From IMG/VR virus record IMGVR_UViG_3300034082_000137: a stretch of 64,000 bases of DNA; one strand, written 5' to 3'. The position numbers were made by a program, and so were the translations under genes. The stretch's first letter is position 1; each line of letters begins with the position of its first letter. Below the pieces are notes generated by a model. The model worked only from the letters and a program-made list of their open reading frames with translations, was not told the origin of the DNA and did no database searches. Below are positions 7,002 to 15,164 of this stretch, one piece after another. Origin of the DNA: an uncultured virus (IMG/VR IMGVR_UViG_3300034082_000137) (lineage: Duplodnaviria; Heunggongvirae; Uroviricota; Caudoviricetes).

Positions 7002-8237
7002 ATGAACGAAGAACGGAAATTACAGAAGGCGAAGATCACGCTGATGCGCAACCCTAAATTCGCATTGTTGCAGGGCGTGATGATGGTTGGGCGTACTAAA
7101 GTAGCAGATAACATTCCTACTGCGTGCACCAACGGGCGAGATGAGATATACGGGCGTGAGTTTGTGAAGAACCTGCGTGAGGCCGAGCTTTGCTTTGTGA
7201 TTGCACACGAGGCGGGGCACAAAATGTACCGTCACCTTACGACATGGAAGAAGCTACACGATGAGGATGCGAAGCTAGCCAATGCCGCTTGTGACTACGT
7301 CATTAACTGGATGCTCAAAGAACTCGATCCGACCGAGACCGTAATCGCAATGCCCATATACAAGGATGGCGAGATGCAGGGTAAGCCGATGGGTTTGTGT
7401 GACGCTCGCTTCAAGGGTATGAACTCCAAGCAAGTGTTCGACATTCTCAAGGATGAGCAAGAGGAAGGTGGTGGAGGTGGAGGTGGTGGTGGTGGTGGAG
7501 GTGGTGGAGGCGGGGGTGGTGGTGATGGCCTAGACGACCATGATTGGGGTGGTGCTGAGGAGATGACCGCCGATGAGAAGAAGGAGTTGGCTAGAGACAT
7601 TGACCAAGCTATCCGTCAGGGGTTGATGTCACACAAGAAAGAAGTTGGCGAAGGCGCAGGTGGGCTTGATCGTGAGCTTCAAGAGATGCTAGAGCCCAAG
7701 GTCAATTGGCGTGAGGTACTGCGTGACTATGTGAAAGCTATTTGCAGCAGCAAGGATACGTCATCGTGGCGCAAACCTAATCGCCGATTCCTGACTACGG
7801 GTACGTACATGCCTAGCATGATTGGTGAGAAGGTTGGGCATATCGTAGTAGCCATTGATACATCGGGTTCAATTGGACAAGATGAGTTGTCAGAGTTCTT
7901 AGCCGAGGTCAAGGGTATCGCCGAGGAGGTCAGCCCTGAGACTGTGGACTTGATCTATTGGGACAGCGAGGTGGCTGCGCATGAGACATACACCGAGGTG
8001 GAAGTACCTAACATTGTTAGCTCTACCAAACCCCGAGGCGGTGGTGGTACATCACCAAGCTGCGTGAGTACATATCTAGTTGAGAAGAAGATCGAGCCCC
8101 AGTGCATCATTGTTCTTACTGACGGATATGTAGGCAACGATTGGGGCAACGACTGGACTGCGCCTGTACTGTGGGCGATTGTAGGAGGCAGCGATGTGGT
8201 ATCACCGAATGGTAAGACGATTCATATCAAAGACTAA
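7002..8237 (+). CDS. Metallopeptidase-VWA protein (DUF2201-like) with poly-Gly linker
   Basis: HEAGH zincin motif, MIDAS DTSGS, GGGT, TDGY; 19 Gly codons at 7467-7523. Confidence 0.88.
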   Translation: MNEERKLQKAKITLMRNPKFALLQGVMMVGRTKVADNIPTACTNGRDEIYGREFVKNLREAELCFVIAHEAGHKMYRHLTTWKKLHDEDAKLANAACDYVINWMLKELDPTETVIAMPIYKDGEMQGKPMGLCDARFKGMNSKQVFDILKDEQEEGGGGGGGGGGGGGGGGGGGDGLDDHDWGGAEEMTADEKKELARDIDQAIRQGLMSHKKEVGEGAGGLDRELQEMLEPKVNWREVLRDYVKAICSSKDTSSWRKPNRRFLTTGTYMPSMIGEKVGHIVVAIDTSGSIGQDELSEFLAEVKGIAEEVSPETVDLIYWDSEVAAHETYTEVEVPNIVSSTKPRGGGGTSPSCVSTYLVEKKIEPQCIIVLTDGYVGNDWGNDWTAPVLWAIVGGSDVVSPNGKTIHIKD

Positions 8238-8247
8238 GGAGAGCGAC

Positions 8248-8478
8248 ATGATGATTGTGGAATTGGGTTACACGAAGTACGTGATGAGCAACAAGGATGC
8301 GGTGACTATCGCCGACATCCTAGAGAAGGCCGAGCTGTATGAGCAGAAGTGGCGCAAGGAAGAGGACGGTGGTACTACCTACCATGTGTACGACAACGAC
8401 AAACAGTTCACGTTGACCACGGTTAGTGAGAGCCTGTACCGCATGGCTAAGTTGGCAGGTAAACCTGTTAAGGAGTAG
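8248..8478 (+). CDS. Hypothetical protein
   Basis: AAGGAG RBS before ATG 8248. Confidence 0.75.
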   Translation: MMIVELGYTKYVMSNKDAVTIADILEKAELYEQKWRKEEDGGTTYHVYDNDKQFTLTTVSESLYRMAKLAGKPVKE

Positions 8479-8482
8479 TGCG

Positions 8483-8719
8483 ATGGATTGGGTTAAATAT
8501 AAGTTGGTGAATGGCGACTATGGGTGGGTTGGTAACGACGCCGCTAAGGATTTATACAGTGGGTACAGAACATTGGCAGCAGTGCGGCCTTACCAAGGTG
8601 GGTTCCGTGTAGTTGTGAAGGGTACAGATACGCAAGTACCTATATTTGTCCATTACGCTACCCAAGAGGAAGCTATGGAAGCAGCGGTAGGGTTTGTAAA
8701 ACTTTTGAAGGAGAATTGA
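8483..8719 (+). CDS. Hypothetical protein
   Basis: AAGGAG RBS before ATG 8483. Confidence 0.7.
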   Translation: MDWVKYKLVNGDYGWVGNDAAKDLYSGYRTLAAVRPYQGGFRVVVKGTDTQVPIFVHYATQEEAMEAAVGFVKLLKEN

Positions 8720-8720
8720 A

Positions 8721-8939
8721 ATGACAGATACGAGCAACAAGATGAGCAAGCAGATGCTACTGACTAGCGCAGAGATTCTTAAAGTGTGCAAAGCTAATGA
8801 TCTGACGATACATGAGGCTATGGTTACGCTAGGTATGACCCTTGCTGCGGGTTTCCGTGGGGATGGGCTTACTAAGCATCAGGCAGTTAGTCGGTTTGCG
8901 GAAGTAATATCTATTGTGTACAAAGGAGAATTGAAATGA
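8721..8939 (+). CDS. Hypothetical protein (72 aa)
   Basis: AAGGAG RBS. Confidence 0.75.
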   Translation: MTDTSNKMSKQMLLTSAEILKVCKANDLTIHEAMVTLGMTLAAGFRGDGLTKHQAVSRFAEVISIVYKGELK

Positions 8940-9790
8940 GTATTAGTACATCAGCAGTGTTAGTGGAGTTGAACATTAGTGTGTGGCCTGCATCCAAGAT
9001 TGATCGGGAGATGACCGACAAGGTGAACAGTGATGCGGGTGCGGTGAAGGGTGCAAGTCAGACCAAGAAGAATCTGTTTGCAGGTACTAGCCTACGCAAA
9101 GACATCGAGAAGTTCGCATCACGAGTACGCCTGTATCACAATCAGCATACCTTACCGTGGGCTGATAAGGGTGAGCGCATGTTGCCGACCAAGCTGTTTA
9201 TGGAATACAAGCAGACCATGAATGGGTTTGAAAAGACATTCGACATGATGTGCAATAACTTTTTCATTGAGTACCCACGCCTAGTAGCAGATGCACCTAC
9301 TGCATTGCAAGGGCTATACAAAGCCGACGACTATCCCGACCTTGAGGAAGTCAGGAAGAAGTTTGGGTTCCGTCAGTCTATCAACCCTATGCCCGACTCA
9401 GGTGACTTCCGCTTGGATATACCTGCGAATGACTTAGAGGATGTGCGAGCCGAGTTCCAAGACAAGTTCGATGAGCGGGTCAAGGATGCAATGCGAGCCC
9501 CTTGGGAGAAGCTGCACAAGATGCTAGTGGGTATCTCTGAGAAGCTAGCCGAGAGCAAGGACGATGACGATAAGAAGCGTTACCACGACTCATTGATTAG
9601 CAACCCGCTAGAGCTGTGCGAGCTATTGACAAAACTGAATGTCACTAACGACTTGGTGTTGGAGGAAGCACGTAGGCAAGTAGAGCTAACAATGTTAGGT
9701 GCTAACTTAGAGTCGATCAAAGAAGATGCAGGGTCACGCAATGACCTCAAGGCTAAGGTCGATTCGATCTTAGGTAAGTTTAATTGGTAA
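8936..9790 (+). CDS. DUF3150-like protein
   Basis: N-terminal VLVELNISVW and HxxxTLPW pattern; neighbourhood of AAA/VWA genes; family call from memory. Confidence 0.6.
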   Translation: MSISTSAVLVELNISVWPASKIDREMTDKVNSDAGAVKGASQTKKNLFAGTSLRKDIEKFASRVRLYHNQHTLPWADKGERMLPTKLFMEYKQTMNGFEKTFDMMCNNFFIEYPRLVADAPTALQGLYKADDYPDLEEVRKKFGFRQSINPMPDSGDFRLDIPANDLEDVRAEFQDKFDERVKDAMRAPWEKLHKMLVGISEKLAESKDDDDKKRYHDSLISNPLELCELLTKLNVTNDLVLEEARRQVELTMLGANLESIKEDAGSRNDLKAKVDSILGKFNW

Positions 9791-9800
9791 GGAGAACTAT

Positions 9801-10673
9801 ATGAACGCAATGGAATTGAGCAACGTAATACGCCCCGACAAGGAAGCAGACGACTACGGTGTGAATGGAATCATATCTAACGTGATATGGGAACTGGCAA
9901 CAAAGAATCCGCTTTGGCGTTTCAAAGCAGTAGACGCTCAAGTCGATGACTACGGTAGCAGCAAGCGTTGCATGTCGCATGGCTTTGAAGTATCCGTAAA
10001 CGGTGAGAAGCTAGGGTCTATCAAGCGAGACCACAAGTATCGTGAGGGCAACCGCACTAGTGTTATCGCAGTCAGTAACAAGCGCATACGTGATTCTATG
10101 CAGCGATCAAACTACATAACTACTACGGATGATAAGAAAGCCCTAGCCCTAGTGAAGAAATGGTTTTACCCTGAGTCAACGGTAGAGAGAATATCACAGG
10201 CTAAAGAGGCAGCACAGCAAGTTGTGTATGACGTGGTGCGTGAGAAGAAGCGAGAGCAGAGCCAACACGACATACATATACGAGAAGCGGTGAAGGAGTT
10301 TATCAATACACCCGAGGGTTCCGCTGCGTTTACAGAATATGTAATTCGAGTCAATGACCCTGATGTGGTATTGGCTATGCAAGAGAACGGAAGGCTGATG
10401 GAGGAGAGTGCCACTATCGAAGACATCCGAAGTCGTCTAATGGACGGGAATGGAGAGACAGCGTTGATTATTGTAGATCAGGGTAAGTACTTAGTAAAAA
10501 TTCTTGAAGATGTACAACTTTACGACGATACTACGCTCCCTTTCGACATGCGTGGAAAGCTAGGTATGTTGAAGTTAGTGCAGCCACGACAGTTTGTATC
10601 TAGCGTAGGTTGCCGAGTGAACAACGAAGTGTTTGTTATTGTTATAAATAAAGAAGGAGAAACAAATGAGTGA
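9801..10673 (+). CDS. Hypothetical protein (290 aa)
   Basis: Long ORF, AAGGAG RBS. Confidence 0.85.
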   Translation: MNAMELSNVIRPDKEADDYGVNGIISNVIWELATKNPLWRFKAVDAQVDDYGSSKRCMSHGFEVSVNGEKLGSIKRDHKYREGNRTSVIAVSNKRIRDSMQRSNYITTTDDKKALALVKKWFYPESTVERISQAKEAAQQVVYDVVREKKREQSQHDIHIREAVKEFINTPEGSAAFTEYVIRVNDPDVVLAMQENGRLMEESATIEDIRSRLMDGNGETALIIVDQGKYLVKILEDVQLYDDTTLPFDMRGKLGMLKLVQPRQFVSSVGCRVNNEVFVIVINKEGETNE

Positions 10674-10905
10674 AGCTAATGGGATTGAATTTCCCGGTAT
10701 GGACACCAAGGAAGAAGCTAAAGCTGTACAGGCTAAGGTAGAGTTAGTGATGAGCATGTGTGGTAGAGACCCCGGCATGAAGCTGGCGGTGCTTAGCTAT
10801 GCGTTAGTGTTCACCTCGCTTGAGGCCGAAGTTACATTCGCTAGCTTGATAAAGAACCTTGCAGACATATATGACGTGCAGTACCAACAAGGAGAAGAGG
10901 AATGA
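10666..10905 (+). CDS. Hypothetical protein (79 aa)
   Basis: AAGGAG RBS, overlaps neighbours. Confidence 0.75.
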   Translation: MSEANGIEFPGMDTKEEAKAVQAKVELVMSMCGRDPGMKLAVLSYALVFTSLEAEVTFASLIKNLADIYDVQYQQGEEE

Positions 10906-11135
10906 ACAACGAACAGATTGAAAAAAGAGTCCAAGAAAAAATTGACGACATGATTGAATACGAAACGCCAAGCGTGTTCGACAGACTGTGGGACGGCTTC
11001 ATAGAGATTATGACGATGCTGGGCATGGTAGCTACCGTTGCTTTCATTGCAGGGTATGTCATCTACAAGCAGCCATCGAGCGTAGTGCAGTGCCAGCCTA
11101 CCAAGGTAGTACTAGCGAAAGGAATTTTCAAATGA
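10902..11135 (+). CDS. Small membrane protein (77 aa)
   Basis: Hydrophobic segment IMTMLGMVATVAFIAGYVIY. Confidence 0.7.
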   Translation: MNNEQIEKRVQEKIDDMIEYETPSVFDRLWDGFIEIMTMLGMVATVAFIAGYVIYKQPSSVVQCQPTKVVLAKGIFK

Positions 11136-11338
11136 ACGATATACCAGCATTCCCACATACATGGCTTGACCCGCAACTAAGATCAAGCGTTGTTGCAAAA
11201 GGCATGACCCTGCGTGATTACTTTGCAGCCAAGGCTATGCAGGGATTTTTAACTGGAGACTACGACTTGTACGCACATGAAGTGGTACAAAGAGCTTACG
11301 AAATGGCAGACGCAATGATGAAAGCGAGGGAGACATGA
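11132..11338 (+). CDS. Conserved phage protein (GMTLRDYFAAKAMQ type)
   Basis: PAFP...GMTLRDYFAAKAMQG...AYxMADAM motif common in proteobacterial phages. Confidence 0.85.
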   Translation: MNDIPAFPHTWLDPQLRSSVVAKGMTLRDYFAAKAMQGFLTGDYDLYAHEVVQRAYEMADAMMKARET

Positions 11339-11547
11339 ACCACTTAAAGAACACATGGGAATGGTTGAAAGACCACTACACGATGCCGACACCTGCGGAA
11401 CTCGTGGCAGAAGAATTGGTGAATGCACAGCGTAGCAAGTTGCGCCATCAAACGGCACAGGAGTACCACGCAGCCATCGTTGCCTACAACGTGGCACGGA
11501 TTAAACGCCTTGAGGGGTTAACCGCAAAGCAGGAGGTGGTGGAATGA
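11335..11547 (+). CDS. Hypothetical protein (70 aa)
   Basis: ATGA overlaps. Confidence 0.75.
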   Translation: MNHLKNTWEWLKDHYTMPTPAELVAEELVNAQRSKLRHQTAQEYHAAIVAYNVARIKRLEGLTAKQEVVE

Positions 11548-11921
11548 AAGAAGCATTGAAACTTGCGCTTGAGGCGTTGCATGGATTTATTCCATATCTT
11601 CCGTTGGCAGACGACGACCAATGCGAAAAGTATGACAAAGCCATCACCGCCATTGAAGCAGCCTTGACACAGCCAGCACAAGAGCCTGTGGGTGTCTTTT
11701 GCGAGGATGATGATATTGGTTATGTTCGCCTAATTCCTCACCAGCAAATGAAGTTGAAGGCATGGGACAAGCTCTACACCACCCCGCAACAACGCCTTTG
11801 GGTGGGGCTGACGCATCAGGAGATATCTAATGAGGTAATTTCTGACGAGCCAGATTTTGTACAGGGATTCGTTCAAGGCGCACGGTGGGCAGACGCCCTA
11901 CTCGAGGACAAAAACACATGA
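11544..11921 (+). CDS. Modular hypothetical protein (EALKLALEAL / QEPV / WVGLT modules)
   Basis: Short motifs typical of mosaic small phage genes. Confidence 0.75.
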   Translation: MKEALKLALEALHGFIPYLPLADDDQCEKYDKAITAIEAALTQPAQEPVGVFCEDDDIGYVRLIPHQQMKLKAWDKLYTTPQQRLWVGLTHQEISNEVISDEPDFVQGFVQGARWADALLEDKNT

Positions 11922-12124
11922 AAGACGATAAATTAAAACCGCGCACTGTTCTCACAAGTGCGGGATACATTGCAGACGAAGACGATGACATCCAAGTCTA
12001 CCAACGCCCTTGGGTGGGGCTGACGGAGGCGCAATTCTTGGAGGCTGTACGGCTTGCCGAGAATGGTAATTATTTAGTTGCATTTGTTCGCATTCAAGAA
12101 TGGCTAAAGGAGGGAAACGCATGA
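11918..12124 (+). CDS. Hypothetical protein with WVGLT module
   Basis: ATGA overlap; start MKDDK. Confidence 0.7.
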   Translation: MKDDKLKPRTVLTSAGYIADEDDDIQVYQRPWVGLTEAQFLEAVRLAENGNYLVAFVRIQEWLKEGNA

Positions 12125-12273
12125 ACTGGGAACTTGAAAAAAAAGAACGTGCGCTGTTTGAAGCCGCCCTTAAAAATGCAATTGCGTGGCAAAACAGGTG
12201 CGTTGAATTGTATGAAATTATTGAAATGCTTTGCTTAGATGCAGAAACCAGACTCAAGGAGAAAAACACATGA
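12121..12273 (+). CDS. Hypothetical protein (50 aa, ends LKEKNT)
   Basis: Read from the sequence; ATGA overlaps at both ends. Confidence 0.7.
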   Translation: MNWELEKKERALFEAALKNAIAWQNRCVELYEIIEMLCLDAETRLKEKNT

Positions 12274-12377
12274 CATGGCCTTTCCCACCAGCCACCGGAG
12301 CCGTTCCTTGGACTAAGCAACAAGAGAAGGCATACCAACAACAGAAGCAAGAACAACGGCCTAGTGCGCCGTTTTGA
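12270..12377 (+). CDS. Hypothetical protein (35 aa, MTWPFPP...)
   Basis: AAGGAG RBS and ATGA overlap. Confidence 0.65.
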   Translation: MTWPFPPATGAVPWTKQQEKAYQQQKQEQRPSAPF

Positions 12378-12386
12378 GGAGAACAC

Positions 12387-12599
12387 ATGAAACTAGCAGC
12401 AGGAAACCCGAACCTAAAGAATAGGTACAAGCATTTTGGTAATGGCCCACTTCTTATTGAGCGTACTGAAGATATGGCAAAGCCGAGAACTTTTAATCAC
12501 ATGAAGGATGGGCAGGTGTATGTGCCTGAGAATAGCGAACCAGTACGACCCGGTGCTATGGATGCGTTGAAGATTAAAAGCTACGGATACAGCACATAG
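12387..12599 (+). CDS. Hypothetical protein (70 aa)
   Basis: GAGGAG RBS. Confidence 0.75.
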   Translation: MKLAAGNPNLKNRYKHFGNGPLLIERTEDMAKPRTFNHMKDGQVYVPENSEPVRPGAMDALKIKSYGYST

Positions 12600-12607
12600 G
12601 AGATAGT

Positions 12608-12859
12608 ATGTTTACACAGCACCATAAGACTCAGTTAAAAGATTTAGTTAGACCAAAGATTGGTGACTTCTACCAAGGAACGGTCAACATCCGACTTAAT
12701 GATTTTATTTCAAGGCTGCAGGAGCAGTGCCCTGAAAACTTCCATCAAGACACAAACTCCCTGCGGACTCGTGTTTTCTTTGATGAGCCAACCTACACTC
12801 ATACTCCTATACCTATGGCAGCATTCATTAAACCAAGGAAGGGCTGGCGCAGTGAGTAA
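12608..12859 (+). CDS. Hypothetical protein (83 aa)
   Basis: AGGAG RBS. Confidence 0.7.
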   Translation: MFTQHHKTQLKDLVRPKIGDFYQGTVNIRLNDFISRLQEQCPENFHQDTNSLRTRVFFDEPTYTHTPIPMAAFIKPRKGWRSE

Positions 12860-13097
12860 ATCAAGGCATCCCGATATTCGCAGACTACTGCACCAATACC
12901 ACGATGGGCTTACCCCTATTGAGATAGCCGAAAGGCTTGAGCTGAAGCCGGACTCCGTAAGAAATGCGTTGAGAGATATGCCCGACACATACATTGATAG
13001 GTGGAAGCCTATCGCCCACGAACCACCGCATGCCGTATGGTGTGCAGTAGTACCACCCGAAGATTGTCCTAGACCTACCACGAAAGGAAATATATGA
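12852..13097 (+). CDS. Helix-turn-helix domain protein
   Basis: GLTPIEIAERLELKPDSVRNAL; GTG start inferred. Confidence 0.65.
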   Translation: MSKSRHPDIRRLLHQYHDGLTPIEIAERLELKPDSVRNALRDMPDTYIDRWKPIAHEPPHAVWCAVVPPEDCPRPTTKGNI

Positions 13098-13264
13098 ACG
13101 ATGTACCAAACTTTGCCGTATGGGATGCGGAAGCCTTGATTAAGTTTTCCACAGACGCATATAGGAAGATGCAAGAGCAGCAAGACATACTGATGCAGCT
13201 ACAAGGCGACTTGAAAACTGCGATGGAGAACTATCGAAAACTAATGATGGAGGCCAACAAATGA
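13094..13264 (+). CDS. Hypothetical coiled-coil protein (56 aa)
   Basis: Read from the sequence; AAGGA RBS; ATGA overlaps. Confidence 0.7.
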   Translation: MNDVPNFAVWDAEALIKFSTDAYRKMQEQQDILMQLQGDLKTAMENYRKLMMEANK

Positions 13265-13464
13265 CCACAGGCATAGAGATGCTAAAGGAACCAAAGAAAC
13301 GTAAAGCACGGGGGCTTGGTAAGAACCCTGCGTTGTTTTGCACGAGCTTGCGTTTACCGAAGGATGTAATGGAGTACTTCAATACACACTTTGCGTACAC
13401 AAAGCAAGCCAAGATCAGAGAAATTCTTACCGACTACGTTAACACACACAAACTGGAGAAATGA
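13261..13464 (+). CDS. BrnA-antitoxin-like RHH protein
   Basis: RGxG..P....TSLRLPKDVMEYF......QAKIREIL resembles the BrnA C-terminal RHH. Confidence 0.55.
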   Translation: MTTGIEMLKEPKKRKARGLGKNPALFCTSLRLPKDVMEYFNTHFAYTKQAKIREILTDYVNTHKLEK

Positions 13465-14006
13465 AGATGAAAGTTAAAGTTAATAAAGTGGCAGCGGTAG
13501 CCAACATGATGGTAGCCAATCCCGAGGCTACAGTCACAGACGTGATGAAGAAGTTTAAGGTAAGCAAGGTGTACGGGTACAACCTTATGTCACAAGCACG
13601 GGCAAAGTATCTTAACCGCCGTGAGGAGGCATTGGCAAAACCCAAACACCGGATGATGGCATCGCAAGATACAGTGACAGGCACGACACCTAAAGCAATG
13701 GCAGAACTTGCATACAGCCTAAGCAAAGGCCGTGACAGAGAGGAAGAGCCGCTGTTTGGTCGTAGAGGTGAGCATCTTGAAACAACCGAACCGCCAGCCG
13801 ACAACGTGAACCACCCTGCCCATTACAAGGTAGGCGGTATCGAGACCATTGACTTCATTGAAGCCAAGCTGACAGCGGAAGAGTACCGTGGCTACCTACG
13901 GGGGAACGTGCTCAAATATATGTCCCGTGCCGACCACAAAGGCGACCGCTTGGAGAACCTCAAGAAGGCGCAGTGGTACTTGAACCGAGAGATTGGCAAG
14001 GCGTAA
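13461..14006 (+). CDS. DUF3310 (SaV / T7 gp1.7-like) domain protein
   Basis: DNVNHPAHY..GGIETIDFI...GNVLKY..R...KG...LKKAQWYL. Confidence 0.88.
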   Translation: MKMKVKVNKVAAVANMMVANPEATVTDVMKKFKVSKVYGYNLMSQARAKYLNRREEALAKPKHRMMASQDTVTGTTPKAMAELAYSLSKGRDREEEPLFGRRGEHLETTEPPADNVNHPAHYKVGGIETIDFIEAKLTAEEYRGYLRGNVLKYMSRADHKGDRLENLKKAQWYLNREIGKA

Positions 14007-14010
14007 TTTT

Positions 14011-14037
14011 AGGGGGGCTAACATTGTTAGCCCTCTT
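14011..14037 (+). terminator. 12-bp hairpin after the early operon (terminator or processing site)
   Basis: AGGGGGGCTAAC-ATT-GTTAGCCCTCTT; no real U tract; overlaps the next -35 box. Confidence 0.5.
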
Positions 14038-14063
14038 GACAAAGTCTAATGGTGTGGTATAGT
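14036..14063 (+). promoter_or_regulatory. Sigma70 promoter for the replication operon (P4)
   Basis: TTGACA-16 bp-TATAGT with TGTGG extended -10. Confidence 0.75.
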
Positions 14064-14093
14064 GTAAACATAAATAGTTTGGAGGGTTAGAAA

Positions 14094-14441
14094 ATGTCAG
14101 TGTTTGGTAAAACATCCGTAAATATATTAGGTGACGCTTTGCTGTGTCCCAAGTGTGGTGAGAACTATTTACACCATCGCAATACAACAATCTTTCAGCG
14201 TTCCGAGGACGACAAGTTAACTACTGTCATTGCTCAGTCAGGGCATGAAGTGCAAGCCACGCCATTCCCTTCAGCAGATACATGCAACCCAAGCTCACGT
14301 AGAAACGGGATACTCATTGAGTTCTTGTGCGAGTTCTGCCACTATGACTATGGCGATGATGTTAGCCCTGATGGAGAGATCGATTTGTTTCAGTTAGCCA
14401 TTATTCAGCACAAGGGCAATACCTTTGTGGAGTGGTTGTAA
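14094..14441 (+). CDS. Hypothetical Zn-binding protein
   Basis: CPKC and CEFC pairs. Confidence 0.75.
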   Translation: MSVFGKTSVNILGDALLCPKCGENYLHHRNTTIFQRSEDDKLTTVIAQSGHEVQATPFPSADTCNPSSRRNGILIEFLCEFCHYDYGDDVSPDGEIDLFQLAIIQHKGNTFVEWL

Positions 14442-14737
14442 TGGCAACGACCCCCGAGTCAAAAGTTAAAGCGAAGATCAAGGCGATCTTCAAAGAACAC
14501 AACGTGTACTACGCCATGCCCATCGGTACAGGGTATGGCAATTCAGGTGTACCGGACTTCCTATGCTGCGTTAACGGACACTTCCTAGCTATCGAAGCTA
14601 AGGCTGGCAAAGGCACGACCACTGCGCTCCAAGAGAAAAACCTACGGGAAATCAAGGAGGCTGGCGGTACGGCAACGGTAATCAACGAGACAACGCTTGA
14701 CTACCTAGAACAACTAATCAAACTGATGAGGACATAA
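14441..14737 (+). CDS. VRR-NUC domain nuclease / Holliday junction resolvase
   Basis: TPE..VK, GVPD, IEAK, TALQ PD-(D/E)xK pattern. Confidence 0.88.
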   Translation: MATTPESKVKAKIKAIFKEHNVYYAMPIGTGYGNSGVPDFLCCVNGHFLAIEAKAGKGTTTALQEKNLREIKEAGGTATVINETTLDYLEQLIKLMRT

Positions 14738-14738
14738 C

Positions 14739-15164
14739 ATGGCTGAGTTTTCAACCGGCGTTACTACGCTACTCGCACGTATGGACACAAACCCAAGCGA
14801 GTTTTTCGATGGCGCATACAAGTGGTCATTCATTAACGCAGAATGGGTTAATAAGGCACTAACAGAAGCCGAGCAGATTGCGATAGACAACAAGCTCACA
14901 GAGGTTCGTCGAGTGGCTTTCGACCAAATGGTTATGCAAACTTTGTTGGATAGCGAAGCAGAGAGAGAATCAAGGCTAGGGTTAGGGAACAAAGCGAAGA
15001 TGGCACTACAGGGTAGCTCGTTGGTGACTCCCATGACTACATTTGAACAACAACTACAACAACAACAACTACAACAACGAATGCAAAATCAATACGCAAA
15101 CGCAGCGCAAAGCATGTACCCGAGCGGCACCGGCACCGCTACCAGTAGATTCAGCTCTAAATGA
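14739..15164 (+). CDS. Hypothetical protein with poly-Gln tract
   Basis: Fills the gap before the polymerase; CAA/CTA repeat. Confidence 0.7.
   Translation: MAEFSTGVTTLLARMDTNPSEFFDGAYKWSFINAEWVNKALTEAEQIAIDNKLTEVRRVAFDQMVMQTLLDSEAERESRLGLGNKAKMALQGSSLVTPMTTFEQQLQQQQLQQRMQNQYANAAQSMYPSGTGTATSRFSSK

Noticed and set aside
15045..15080. CAA/CTA microsatellite as a phase-variation switch
   Set aside because: Triplet repeat stays in frame and only alters poly-Gln length
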